The position numbers were made by a program, and so were the translations under genes. The notes beneath the pieces are model-generated. The model ran no database searches and was not told the DNA's origin. It saw nothing but the letters and a program-made list of their open reading frames with translations. This document shows, in pieces, positions 52,346 to 63,092 of a stretch of DNA of 64,000 nucleotides (positions are counted from its first letter, which is position 1; each line of letters begins with the position of its first letter). The DNA is from Gemmatimonadaceae bacterium. GTDB taxonomy: Bacteria > Gemmatimonadota > Gemmatimonadetes > Gemmatimonadales > Gemmatimonadaceae. The stretch covers positions 2,632 through 66,631 of the forward strand of contig JBGAHX010000020.1 of NCBI GenBank assembly GCA_044225935.1, in the 5' to 3' direction.

Positions 52346-52419
52346 TCGGGGCGACTGGATTTGAACCAGCGACCTCCTGCTCCCGAAGCAGGCGCGCTAC
52401 CGGGCTACGCTACGCCCCG
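52346..52419 (-). tRNA. tRNA-Pro (anticodon CGG)
   Basis: Minus-strand CGGGGCG-TA-GCGT...CCTGC-TTCGGGA-GCAGG...GCTGG-TTCAAAT-CCAGT-CGCCCCG-A cloverleaf. Confidence 0.9.
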
Positions 52420-52446
52420 AAACTACCACTTCCACATCTTATAGTA

Positions 52447-52520
52447 TGCGCCCAGAGAGACTCGAACTCCCAACCTTCTGATCCGTAGTCAGATGCTCTA
52501 TCCAATTGAGCTATGGGCGC
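52447..52520 (-). tRNA. tRNA-Arg (anticodon ACG)
   Basis: Minus-strand GCGCCCA-TA-GCTC-AATTGGATA-GAGC-A-TCTGA-CTACGGA-TCAGA-AGGTT-GGGAG-TTCGAGT-CTCTC-TGGGCGC-A. Confidence 0.9.
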
Positions 52521-52731
52521 CGACGATAAGCGCTTCGTGCACCAGCTTTGCCCTTCGCAATCCGTGATTCGCGGCGCAGGATCCACCGCGACCGTCACGG
52601 CGAAGACCGCGGAAAGTAGACACCCCTCAGAGGGGCGTCAAGTGAGACAAAACCCCGTCTCGAACCACGTGCCTCGTACCTGCGTGCACCACTCTCCAAA
52701 CAAAGTCGCCCTCGGCGATGCCGAGGGCGCA

Positions 52732-52805
52732 TGGGCGGTACAAGACTCGAACTTGTGACCTCCACGATGTCAACGTGGCGCTCTAACCAACTGAGCTAAC
52801 CGCCC
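52732..52805 (-). tRNA. tRNA-Val (anticodon GAC)
   Basis: Minus-strand GGGCGGT-TA-GCTC-AGTTGGTTA-GAGC-G-CCACG-TTGACAT-CGTGG-AGGTC-ACAAG-TTCGAGT-CTTGT-ACCGCCC-A. Confidence 0.9.
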
Positions 52806-52883
52806 GATACAACGCGTGCGCCGAGAACTTTTTCGAGCTCCGATACGTTCGTACCAAAGCTCTCATTGGCGCGCCGCGCCGAG

Positions 52884-52957
52884 AAGCGGGAAACGGGACT
52901 CGAACCCGCGACCCCAACCTTGGCAAGGTTGTGCTCTACCAACTGAGCTATTCCCGC
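52884..52957 (-). tRNA. tRNA-Gly (anticodon GCC)
   Basis: Minus-strand GCGGGAA-TA-GCTC-AGTTGGTA-GAGC-A-CAACC-TTGCCAA-GGTTG-GGGTC-GCGGG-TTCGAGT-CCCGT-TTCCCGC-T. Confidence 0.9.
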
Positions 52958-53072
52958 GAACCGCAACTCCACCTGACGTTCACTTGCCTTGGACGCATCA
53001 CGCTCGTGAGCTGCAACCAATCTCGCCAGCGTTCTTGCATCACGGTATCCAGGTCGAACGCCTTCTCGACCA

Positions 53073-53145
<73 letters not shown>

Positions 53146-53401
53146 GTCACGACGCGGTGGAGCCCGCCGCTTTCAGGAACCGCGAAGTGTACCCGGGAGT
53201 AGTACCGATGTCAAGAAATCCACTCTGGCGCAACGCCTCCTGACAGGTATCTTGCAGCGACTTTTTCCACTCCTGCGTTAGCCAGTAGTCAGACGTTGCT
53301 CCGCTGTTGCTCCGTCTGTTGCGGTGAGTGCTGTTCATGCGGCCGATCGCTCCTGCCGCCCCAAGGTTTCACATACTTCAAGTCCACGAGGACTTTCTTA
53401 A

Positions 53402-54289
53402 ATGACTGACGTGAAGCGCCGCCGTCGCCGGACGACCCCACAGGGGATCGCGCCGAGCGAACCGGAGCGTGACATTCTCGACCAGTACCTTTACGAGGTC
53501 AGCACGTATCCGCTGCTCAAGGCCGCGGAGGAGATCGAGCTCGCCCGGAAGATTCGCGCGGGCGATCAGGACGCGTTGCAGGAACTGGTGAAGCGCAACC
53601 TGCGCTTCGTCATCTCCGTCGCCAAGAAGTACCAGAACCGTGGTCTCCCGCTCATCGACTTGATCGGCGAAGGGAACGTCGGTCTCCTCACCGCTGCGCG
53701 AAAGTTCGATCCCGACCAAGGCGTGAAGTTCATCTCGTACGCCGTGTGGTGGATTCGTCAGGCGATCCTGTCGTCGCTCGCACGCCAGGGACGCACGGTG
53801 CGCGTCCCGCTCAATCGTACGGCCGATCTCTCGCGCATCATCAAGGCCTCGGAGATCCTTCGGCAGAAGCTCCGCCGCGAGCCCACGCCGGAAGAACTCG
53901 CGCAGCTCACCGGTCTCTCGGTCGATGTCGTGCAGTCGCTGGCTGCACTCAACACCGGCGACGTCCGCCTCGATGCACCGATGGATCCGGAAGGCGATCG
54001 CGCGCTCATCGAGCGATTCGTCGCCGACGAAATGCCCGACACCGAGGAAGAAGCGATGAATCGCTTCCTCTCGGACGAGATCGAACTCGCCCTCTCCACG
54101 CTCCCGCCGCGCGACGCAAAGGTCCTGCGTCTCTACTTCGGGCTCGAGGGCGGGCGCGAGCACACGCTCGAGGAAATCGGCTCGATGCTCGGCGTCACCC
54201 GCGAACGCGTCCGCCAGCTGCGGGACCGCGCGCTCAAGCGTCTGCGCGAAGGCGACGTCGGTCGCGCGCTCTCCAGCTTCGCCGCGTGA
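53402..54289 (+). CDS. Sigma70-family sigma factor, short RpoD-like form (no region 1.1)
   Basis: Regions 1.2-4.2 are present: YLYEVSTYPLL, NLRFVISVAKKYQNRGLPLIDLIGEGNVGLLTAARKFD, FISYAVWWIRQAI, TVRVPLN, LEEIGSMLGVTRERVRQLRDRALKRL. The RVPLN form resembles Bacteroidota-type primary sigma factors. Confidence 0.85.
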   Translation: MTDVKRRRRRTTPQGIAPSEPERDILDQYLYEVSTYPLLKAAEEIELARKIRAGDQDALQELVKRNLRFVISVAKKYQNRGLPLIDLIGEGNVGLLTAARKFDPDQGVKFISYAVWWIRQAILSSLARQGRTVRVPLNRTADLSRIIKASEILRQKLRREPTPEELAQLTGLSVDVVQSLAALNTGDVRLDAPMDPEGDRALIERFVADEMPDTEEEAMNRFLSDEIELALSTLPPRDAKVLRLYFGLEGGREHTLEEIGSMLGVTRERVRQLRDRALKRLREGDVGRALSSFAA

Positions 54290-54490
54290 GCCGGTAACAT
54301 CGCGCAGTACGACAGCAATGCAGCATGCACGGGCGAACCGAAAGGTTCGCCCGTTTGCATTGTGCGACACGAGTTACCGCACCCGTTCGCCGTTACACGC
54401 GAGGCACACACCAGCGCGAGTCGCGCGCCCCTTTCGCCGCTCACATTCATGCTGTTGATTGCGGTGGCCGGCATCGTATGCGTTGCTGAG

Positions 54491-54518
54491 CCTCGTCTTC
54501 TCGTCTTCTCGTCTTCAG
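54491..54518 (+). repeat. Octamer tandem repeat CTCGTCTT x3 abutting the TTG start of the ABC ATPase
   Basis: CCTCGTCTT CTCGTCTT CTCGTCTT CAG, then TTG at 54519. Confidence 0.9.
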
Positions 54519-55274
54519 TTGATCTCCTTACAAGGCGTCCACAAGGCGTTCGGCCCAAAGAAAGTGCTGCAGGGCTTCTCCCTCGACGTCGAAGAAGGGG
54601 AGACGATGGTGATCATCGGCTATTCCGGAACCGGAAAGTCGGTGGCGATCAAGCACATCGTGGGACTGCTGGAACCTGACGAGGGACGCGTCGTCGTCGA
54701 TAACCTCGACGTCCCCAAGCTCTCGCGACGCGAACTGTACGCGCTGCGCGCGCGCATTGGCTACGTCTTCCAGTTCGCGGCACTGTTCGACTCGCTCTCC
54801 ATCGGCGAAAACGTCGCGATGGGGCTCCGCAAGCAGGGACAGCTTTCGCTGAAGGAGATCGACGAGCGCGTGCACGAAGTCCTCGAACTCGTCGACCTGC
54901 CTAACGTTCAGGACCGTTTTCCCGCCGAGCTCTCCGGCGGGATGCGCAAGCGAGTCGGTCTCGCACGGGCCATCGCCCTACGCCCGAAATACATCTTGTA
55001 CGATGAGCCGACGACCGGGCTCGATCCCGTCACCAGCGCGGTGATCGACGAGCTCATGGTGCGCATGCGCGAAAAGCTCGGCGTGACCAGCATCGTCATC
55101 ACCCACGACATGCGAAGCGCCTATCGCGTCGGGACGAAGATCGCGATGCTCTACGAAGGGAAAGTGCGCCAGGTCGGAACCGTCGACGAGATCCGCAACA
55201 CCGACGACCCGATCGTGCGGCAGTTCGTCGAAGGACGCCCCGAAGTCGACGCCGAACCTACCCGGGAGGACTGA
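54519..55274 (+). CDS. ABC transporter ATP-binding protein, MlaF/Ttg2A-like (no permease gene adjacent)
   Basis: LISLQGVHKAFG, Walker A GYSGTGKS, signature LSGGMRKRVGLARA, Walker B ILYDEPTTGLD. Start taken at the in-frame TTG 54519, because the upstream part of the track ORF is the repeat. Confidence 0.85.
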   Translation: MISLQGVHKAFGPKKVLQGFSLDVEEGETMVIIGYSGTGKSVAIKHIVGLLEPDEGRVVVDNLDVPKLSRRELYALRARIGYVFQFAALFDSLSIGENVAMGLRKQGQLSLKEIDERVHEVLELVDLPNVQDRFPAELSGGMRKRVGLARAIALRPKYILYDEPTTGLDPVTSAVIDELMVRMREKLGVTSIVITHDMRSAYRVGTKIAMLYEGKVRQVGTVDEIRNTDDPIVRQFVEGRPEVDAEPTRED

Positions 55275-55277
55275 CCG

Positions 55278-55742
55278 GTGTCGCACGGGAGCGGGGTGTC
55301 GGGCGCCGGAGCGCGCGAGGAGGTGTCGGCGGGGGGCGTGGTCGTGCGCATCGAGGACGGGCGCCCGGTCTTCCTCCTCATCCGAGACTCGTATCGCAAC
55401 TGGGGGTTTCCCAAGGGACATCTCGAGAGCGGTGAGACGCCACACGACGCGGCGCTGCGCGAGGTCGCCGAGGAGACTGGGCTCGAAGACCTCCGGCTCC
55501 GCGGGGAAATCGAGACGATCGACTGGTACTTCCGGTTCCGCGGACGCCTCGTGCACAAGGTCTGCCACTTCTTCCTCATGCAGACCGAGAGTGCCGCTAC
55601 ATGTCCGCAGCGGGACGAAGGAATCACGGCCTGTCGCTGGGAGTCGTTCGAGCGCGCCTTCTCGCTCGTGTCGTACGAGAATGCCCGCGAGGTCCTGCGA
55701 CGGGCCTTCGAGATCGTCAATACGCCCAGCTCCGCGTCGTAG
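55278..55742 (+). CDS. NUDIX hydrolase
   Basis: Nudix box GFPKGHLESGETPHDAALREVAEETGL. Confidence 0.85.
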   Translation: MSHGSGVSGAGAREEVSAGGVVVRIEDGRPVFLLIRDSYRNWGFPKGHLESGETPHDAALREVAEETGLEDLRLRGEIETIDWYFRFRGRLVHKVCHFFLMQTESAATCPQRDEGITACRWESFERAFSLVSYENAREVLRRAFEIVNTPSSAS

Positions 55743-55746
55743 TCTC

Positions 55747-56577
55747 ATGACGCACGCGCTCCCCGGGACACCGGTGGCTTTGGCGGTCGTCGTCCTGGCC
55801 AGCCGAGATCGCGCCCGTAACCTCGTCAAGGACGCCTTCCCGCGGCGTCGCACCCGCCTAACGCTCGCGCGAAACATCCGCGAGTTCGAGCGCGCCTTTC
55901 GCACCGGACTGGTAGACGCGGCGCTCGTCGATCTCGGCGGACCCGTGGAGGACGTGATGCGCGCGATCGAACTCGCGCGCGAATTTCCCAGCGCGCCGTT
56001 CTTCGGCCTGACCCCATTCCGCCCGAGCGACGCCGCGTTCTGCGCGCGCGCCGCGACGTTCGACTTCGCCGGACTCCTCGTCGAAGGCGTCGACGATCAC
56101 GTGCTGCGCGAAATCGTCGCGCCCCGAGCCTTCACCACGCGCTTCGCCGAGGCGCTCGCCACTCCCCCCGAATCGCTCCACCTCGAGACGCCACTCCGCG
56201 TTGCGTCGTGGCGGGTGCTCGTCTCGCACGCGGGACGGCCGCTGCATACGGATGTCGTGGCGCGTGAGCTGGGTGTGACCCGGGAGCACCTGAGCCGAGC
56301 CTTCGGTGCCTCCGGCGCCCCCAATCTCAAGCGGGTGATCGACCTCGTACGCCTTGCCGCCGCCGCCGAGCTCTCAAAAAACCCGGGCTACGACGTCGGC
56401 GACGTGGCGCGCGTCCTCGGCTTCGCCTCGTCGTCGCACCTGAGCACCACGTCGCAACGCATCGTCGGGATTCGTCCGACCTCCTTGGCGCGCCTACGAA
56501 CCGTCGACCTGGTCGAGCGCTTCATCCACGGCCGGATGCGGAGCCGGCCCGCGACAGTGAAGGGGCGGCGGGGCTAA
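55747..56577 (+). CDS. AraC-type HTH transcriptional regulator
   Basis: C-terminal VARELGVTREHLSRAF...AAAELSKNPGYDVGDVARVLGFASSSHLSTTSQRIVGIRP is an AraC-family double HTH. Start at the internal ATG 55747. Confidence 0.7.
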   Translation: MTHALPGTPVALAVVVLASRDRARNLVKDAFPRRRTRLTLARNIREFERAFRTGLVDAALVDLGGPVEDVMRAIELAREFPSAPFFGLTPFRPSDAAFCARAATFDFAGLLVEGVDDHVLREIVAPRAFTTRFAEALATPPESLHLETPLRVASWRVLVSHAGRPLHTDVVARELGVTREHLSRAFGASGAPNLKRVIDLVRLAAAAELSKNPGYDVGDVARVLGFASSSHLSTTSQRIVGIRPTSLARLRTVDLVERFIHGRMRSRPATVKGRRG

Positions 56578-56581
56578 CAGG

Positions 56582-56697
<116 letters not shown>

Positions 56698-56846
56698 ATT
56701 GTCTTTCAGCCGCGATTTCGCGCCGGGGGCGAAGCGCAGGAGACCGCGGAGCACACGCAGCAGTCGCCCGCCCGAGCACCCCAGCCCGCCCAAGCCCCTA
56801 CACGAACGAACGGGCACGTCCCATTCGCTTGAAAGTCGACAAACCT

Positions 56847-56862
56847 TGTGATAATTTTCACA
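56847..56862. promoter_or_regulatory. Perfect TGTGA-N6-TCACA palindrome (CRP/FNR-family type site) upstream of atpA
   Basis: TGTGATAATTTTCACA, 47 nt upstream of the atpA ATG, inside the 20 nt palindrome CTTGTGA-TAATTT-TCACAAG. AT-rich island in GC-rich DNA. TTGAAA lies 15 nt upstream of GATAAT. Confidence 0.55.
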
Positions 56863-56908
56863 AGCTAGACCCGATCGCATTTCCGACCTAAACGCTCCGA
56901 TCCTCGTT

Positions 56909-58477
56909 ATGGCCTCCGACACGATCCTTCGCCCAGGCGAAATCAAGGACATTCTCCTCCGCGAAATCGAGGCGGCGGACCTGCACGGACTCGACGTAGA
57001 AGAGGTTGGGACGGTCCTCGAGGTGAAGGACGGCGTGGCCCGTATTTACGGCCTCCGCAAGGCGATGGCCGGCGAGATGCTCGAGATCGCGTCCTCCGAA
57101 ACGGGGAACAAGATCACCGCGCTCACGCTGAACCTCGAAGAGGACAACATCGGCGCGGTGGTCCTCGGTGACTACCTGCAGCTCAAGGAGGGGGACGAGG
57201 TGCGGCGCACCGGGCGCGTGCTCGAAGTCCCGGTCGGTCCCGCCCTCGTCGGGCGCGTGGTCGATCCGCTCGGCCGTCCGGTCGACGGCAAGGGCTCGAT
57301 CGAGACCCCGCACACCCGCCTCGTCGAATCGCCGGCTCCCGGCATCATCGTTAGGCAGCCGGTGAAGGAGCCGATGCAGACCGGGATCAAGTCGATCGAC
57401 GCGATGATCCCGATCGGGCGCGGCCAGCGCGAGCTCATCATCGGCGACCGCGGCACCGGCAAGACGGCGATCGCGATCGACACGATCATCAACCAGAAGG
57501 GACAAGGGGTCATCTGCGTCTACGTCGCCATCGGGCAGAAGGCGTCGACGGTTGCCTCGGTGGTCGAGAAGCTCCGCCAGCAGGGGGCGATGGACTACAC
57601 CATCGTCGTCGTCGCCTCCGCGTCGGACCCGGCCCCGATGCAGTACATCGCCCCCTACACGGGCGCAGCGATGGCCGAGTACTTCATGTACGACGAAGGA
57701 CAGGCGACGCTTTGTGTGTACGATGACCTGTCCAAGCAGGCCGCCGCGTATCGCCAGCTCTCGCTCGTGCTCCGCCGCCCGCCGGGACGCGAGGCATTCC
57801 CGGGCGACGTCTTCTATCTCCACTCCCGTCTCCTCGAGCGCGCCGCCAAGTTGCGCGAGGATCAGGATGTGGTCGACGGCAAGACGATCAAGAAGCCGGG
57901 TGGCTCGCTCACCGCGCTCCCGATCATCGAGACGCAGGCCGGTGACGTGTCGGCCTACATCCCGACGAACGTCATCTCGATCACCGACGGACAGATCTTC
58001 CTCGAGACCGACCTGTTCTTCTCGAACGTGCGCCCGGCGATCAACGCCGGTATCTCGGTGTCGCGCGTCGGTGGTTCGGCGCAGATCAAGGCCATGCGCT
58101 CGGTTGCCGGCCGCCTCCGCCTCGACCTCGCGCAGTACCGCGAGCTCGAAGCCTTCGCCGCGTTTGCCTCGGACCTCGACGCCGCCACCAAGAAGCAGCT
58201 CGAGCGCGGCGCCCGCACGGTGGAAGTGCTCAAGCAGCCGCAGTACGCGCCGATGCCGGTCGAGCAGCAGGTGATGATCATCTACGCGGTCTCGAACGGC
58301 TTCATCGACGACGTCCCGGTCGCCAAGGTGCGCGAGTGGGAGCGCGGCTTCCTCGACTTCATGGCCGCGCAGTGGCCCCAGGTCGGCGACGCCATCCGCA
58401 AGGAGAAGGTCCTCTCGAAGGACACGGAGGCGACCCTCAAGAACGGCATCGCCGCCTATAAGAAGGTAGCGAAGTGA
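56909..58477 (+). CDS. atpA: F1 ATP synthase alpha subunit
   Basis: Walker [16 protein letters not shown] and overall canonical alpha sequence; 522 aa. Confidence 0.97.
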   Translation: MASDTILRPGEIKDILLREIEAADLHGLDVEEVGTVLEVKDGVARIYGLRKAMAGEMLEIASSETGNKITALTLNLEEDNIGAVVLGDYLQLKEGDEVRRTGRVLEVPVGPALVGRVVDPLGRPVDGKGSIETPHTRLVESPAPGIIVRQPVKEPMQTGIKSIDAMIPIGRGQRELIIGDRGTGKTAIAIDTIINQKGQGVICVYVAIGQKASTVASVVEKLRQQGAMDYTIVVVASASDPAPMQYIAPYTGAAMAEYFMYDEGQATLCVYDDLSKQAAAYRQLSLVLRRPPGREAFPGDVFYLHSRLLERAAKLREDQDVVDGKTIKKPGGSLTALPIIETQAGDVSAYIPTNVISITDGQIFLETDLFFSNVRPAINAGISVSRVGGSAQIKAMRSVAGRLRLDLAQYRELEAFAAFASDLDAATKKQLERGARTVEVLKQPQYAPMPVEQQVMIIYAVSNGFIDDVPVAKVREWERGFLDFMAAQWPQVGDAIRKEKVLSKDTEATLKNGIAAYKKVAK

Positions 58478-58514
58478 CCCCTCGTCTTCTCGTCTTCTCG
58501 TCTTCTCGTCTTCT
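58478..58514 (+). repeat. Octamer tandem repeat CCC + CTCGTCTT x4 + CT, ending 6 nt before the atpG ATG
   Basis: Fills the atpA-atpG spacer. About 40 nt nearly identical (in gene sense) to the fliP-fliQ spacer. Confidence 0.95.
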
Positions 58515-58520
58515 GATCTA

Positions 58521-59381
58521 ATGGCCAAAGGCAGAGAGCTCAAAGCCCGCATCAAGACGACCGAGAACACCCGGAAGATCACGCGCACGCTCGAGATGGT
58601 CTCCACCTCGAAGATGAAGCGTGCGCAGGATCGGGTGCACGCTGCGCGGCCGTATGCGAACGCGCTCTCCGATGTGATCTCGTCGCTCTACACGCCGGAA
58701 CTCGCCGAGCAGTTCCCGCTCCTGCGCCAACCGGCCAAGCCGAAGCGCGCGGCGGTGATCCTGCTCAACTCCAATCGCGGCCTTGCCGGTGGCTTCAACG
58801 CCAACCTGATCAAGGAAGCGCGCGCGCAGCTGCAACGCCTGCGCGCGCAGGGGATCGAGACGGAGCTCCACGTCTCGGGGCGAAAAGGGATCGGCTACTT
58901 CCGGTACCTCGGTGAGCCGCTTGCCGCCGCGCGGACCGACATCACCGACCGCCCCACCGCCGAAGACGCGGCCTCGCTGGTCGAGGGGCTGATGCAGCGC
59001 TTCGTCGACGGTTCGCTCGACGCCGTTTACGTCGTCTACGCCCACTTCAAGTCGGTCCTGAGCTGTCCCCCGACCACCACGCAGGTTCTCCCCGTCGTGC
59101 CACCGGAACGCACCGGGCCGGCGCCGGACTACCTGCTCTTCCCGTCGGCTGCCGAGATTTTGACCGAACTCCTCCCGTCCTACGTGCGCAACACGATGTA
59201 CCGCACGCTGGTCGAGACGGCTGCGGCCGAGCACATCGCACGTCGTACCGCCATGAAGAATGCGACCGACAACGCGACCGAGCTGTTGTCCGTTTATCGC
59301 CGCACGTATAACCGCGCCAGGCAGGCGCAGATAACTCAAGAGATCGCGGAAATCGTGGGCGGCGCGGCCGCGTTGGAGTAG
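58521..59381 (+). CDS. atpG: F1 ATP synthase gamma subunit
   Basis: MAKGRELKARIKTTENTRKITRTLEMVSTSKMKRAQ ... ITQEIAEIVGGAAAL. Confidence 0.95.
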   Translation: MAKGRELKARIKTTENTRKITRTLEMVSTSKMKRAQDRVHAARPYANALSDVISSLYTPELAEQFPLLRQPAKPKRAAVILLNSNRGLAGGFNANLIKEARAQLQRLRAQGIETELHVSGRKGIGYFRYLGEPLAAARTDITDRPTAEDAASLVEGLMQRFVDGSLDAVYVVYAHFKSVLSCPPTTTQVLPVVPPERTGPAPDYLLFPSAAEILTELLPSYVRNTMYRTLVETAAAEHIARRTAMKNATDNATELLSVYRRTYNRARQAQITQEIAEIVGGAAALE

Positions 59382-59387
59382 GCGTTA

Positions 59388-60967
<1,580 letters not shown>

Positions 60968-60969
60968 TC

Positions 60970-61221
60970 ATGTTGAAGGTTTCGGTGATCTCGCCGGAGC
61001 GTATCCTCTTCGAAGGCGACGTGGAGTCGGTCATCGCTCCCGCGTTCGACGGCGAGGTCGGCATCCTCACGGCGCATGCGCCGATGATGACGCTCCTCGG
61101 CAAGGGGACGCTCAAGCTCGGCGCGAACGGGAGTCAGGGGGCCTTCGATGTCGAGGGCGGTTTCCTTCAGGTCGTCGACAACCAGGTGCGCGTGGTGACG
61201 GAAAAGGCTGCGCAGCGCTAG
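60970..61221 (+). CDS. atpC: F1 ATP synthase epsilon subunit, short form (83 aa, beta-sandwich only)
   Basis: MLKVSVISPERILFEGDVESVIAPAFDGEVGILTAHAPMMTLL... then stops after about 83 aa, without the usual C-terminal helical hairpin. Confidence 0.85.
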   Translation: MLKVSVISPERILFEGDVESVIAPAFDGEVGILTAHAPMMTLLGKGTLKLGANGSQGAFDVEGGFLQVVDNQVRVVTEKAAQR

Positions 61222-61252
61222 CACGAGAGCGAACTCAGGAAGTGGAACGACG

Positions 61253-61292
61253 CCCCCCGGACGCGCGATCGAGCGCTCCGGGGGGTTCTTTC
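61253..61292 (+). terminator. Rho-independent terminator after atpC
   Basis: CCCCCCGGACGCGC...GCGCTCCGGGGGG followed by TTCTTTCGTCC. Confidence 0.7.
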
Positions 61293-61460
61293 GTCCTGAG
61301 GGCATCTCCCTCACCGCCGGAATCGCGCCGTTCACCGTGCATGCGGGAGTCTCCGCCGCGCTCGTGTGGCCCGCACAAATTGGGGATTGCACCTTCGACG
61401 AGTGCCGCGGCGCGCGCCACGGGTGGTGCGTGACGCCTTTCCCCTCATAAGCGAGGCCCC

Positions 61461-61952
61461 ATGCGCGTCTCTCGTCGATCGACCTTCGTCCGCACGTTGC
61501 TCCTGTCGACGCTTCCGGCCGCGCTCCTGGGGTGCGGGAGCGACAGCACCTCGTCACCCGCTCCCGAGCGCTACGTACTCGCGCTCACCGGCGCCGCCGA
61601 GCGTCCGAACGCGGTGGTGACGAACGCGTCGGCCAGTGCGGTCCTCACCGTGATCTCTCCCGACTCGATCGAATACCTGATCTACGCATCGGGTGACTCG
61701 GTGACGGCATCGCACATTCACGCGGCCGATGTAACCGCGGCAGGACCGATCATGGTGTTCACGTTCGGCGGGCCGGTGATCGGGCGCGTCGATGGCGTGT
61801 TCCGCTATGGGTTCATCACGCGGAGCGGCACGTTTTCCGGGGCGTTCAGCTTCGACTCGGTGCTCACCCGCATGCGCGCGGGGACGGCGTATCTCAACAT
61901 CCACACGCGGAAGTTTCCGGGGGGCGAACTTCGCGGACAGATCGTGCGCTGA
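61461..61952 (+). CDS. CHRD domain lipoprotein
   Basis: Lipobox LLGC, then LTGAAERPN...ASHIHAADVTAAGPIMV...YLNIHTRKFPGGELRGQI (CHRD-type motifs). Confidence 0.75.
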   Translation: MRVSRRSTFVRTLLLSTLPAALLGCGSDSTSSPAPERYVLALTGAAERPNAVVTNASASAVLTVISPDSIEYLIYASGDSVTASHIHAADVTAAGPIMVFTFGGPVIGRVDGVFRYGFITRSGTFSGAFSFDSVLTRMRAGTAYLNIHTRKFPGGELRGQIVR

Positions 61953-62282
61953 GCGGCTTCTCGCGCGCGGGAGAGCGGGCGTGGCAGCGTACGACCCGAT
62001 CGCTGCCTGACGATGCCAGCGTTGTGACACCGCGCGCTGCCTGACGACACGCGTCGCCTGACGACGCGTGTCGGTGCGGCGCGAGTCAACCGCGATATTT
62101 CCTCGCGTGCGCTCCGACGCGCGTCGATCTGCGAGAGCGCCGTGCCGCTTGTCGCTGACGAGCACGTGCAGCGAATCTTCCGTGTGCCTCTGGCGTATCA
62201 CAGGCACACCGCCCCCGCGCCCCTCGCGGGGCGCTGGTTCGCATCCATCCGGGCGCCTACCGCCCGTGCACGAGGACTCGTC

Positions 62283-62981
62283 ATGCAGGGATTCCGCACC
62301 GCGCGCGTCGCGGCGATCGCGCCGCGCACTGCGCGCGCCTGGTTCTATCTTCTCGCCGCGGCTGCGGCGCTCCTCCCGTTCTTCGCCCGTAGTGCGCACG
62401 CTCAGGCCTGGGCGTACCCATCCTTCCAACCGCCGGCCGTCACATCGCGCGAGTTCAACTTCGGCATCGCCGACGCTGGCGACGCGGGAACGGCGATCGT
62501 CTTCCAGTGGCGTGAGGGATACTCCGCGCGCTCGCAGTTCTCCTTCGACGCCGGCTTCGCCGACCCGCAGGCGCGCGGCGCCGACAACGTCCTCTTCCTC
62601 GGCGGCAACTTCGGATACCAGCTCGCCAAGTCGTCGGCCGACGTGCCGCTCGACTTCATGCTGACCGCCGGCGCCGGCCTCGGATTCGGCAACAAGACCA
62701 CGCTCCGCGTCCCGGTGGGCGTCTCGATCGGACATCGCTTCCCGCTCGACGGCACGCTCGCGCTCACACCGTACGTGCACCCGCGCGTTTCGCTCGACTT
62801 CTGCAGCTCGTGCGGCGGCGACGATTCGCAGGTGGGGATCAATTTCGACATCGGCGCAAACCTCGAACTCACGCGCGTACTCGCGCTCCGCGGTACGGCT
62901 TTCTTCGGCGGCTCCGACCGGTTCGGCAACGACGGGATCGGGATCTCGCTCGCCTGGACGCCGCCCGGGCTTCGGCGTTAG
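62283..62981 (+). CDS. Hypothetical secreted protein, probable outer-membrane beta-barrel
   Basis: Signal peptide ending AHAQA. Alternating hydrophobic beta-strand pattern and aromatic-rich C-terminus (IGISLAW). Start taken at the internal ATG 62283. Confidence 0.5.
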   Translation: MQGFRTARVAAIAPRTARAWFYLLAAAAALLPFFARSAHAQAWAYPSFQPPAVTSREFNFGIADAGDAGTAIVFQWREGYSARSQFSFDAGFADPQARGADNVLFLGGNFGYQLAKSSADVPLDFMLTAGAGLGFGNKTTLRVPVGVSIGHRFPLDGTLALTPYVHPRVSLDFCSSCGGDDSQVGINFDIGANLELTRVLALRGTAFFGGSDRFGNDGIGISLAWTPPGLRR

Positions 62982-63092
62982 GCAGTCCGCCTCGGCGCAC
63001 GTACGCGCGGTGCCTGCTTCACGCGTCCACCGGTAGTCGCACCCTCGGCGCCAAGCGCCGACCTCGGCGTGGCTACCGGTCTTCGCTTGTCG

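Noticed and set aside
62003-62071. Triple GCCTGACGA repeat and a 10 bp hairpin after the CHRD gene as a regulatory array
   Set aside because: Short and imperfect, and most simply explained as a terminator-like hairpin (ACACGCGTCG-CCTGA-CGACGCGTGT) with chance repeats. Not enough evidence to call a feature.
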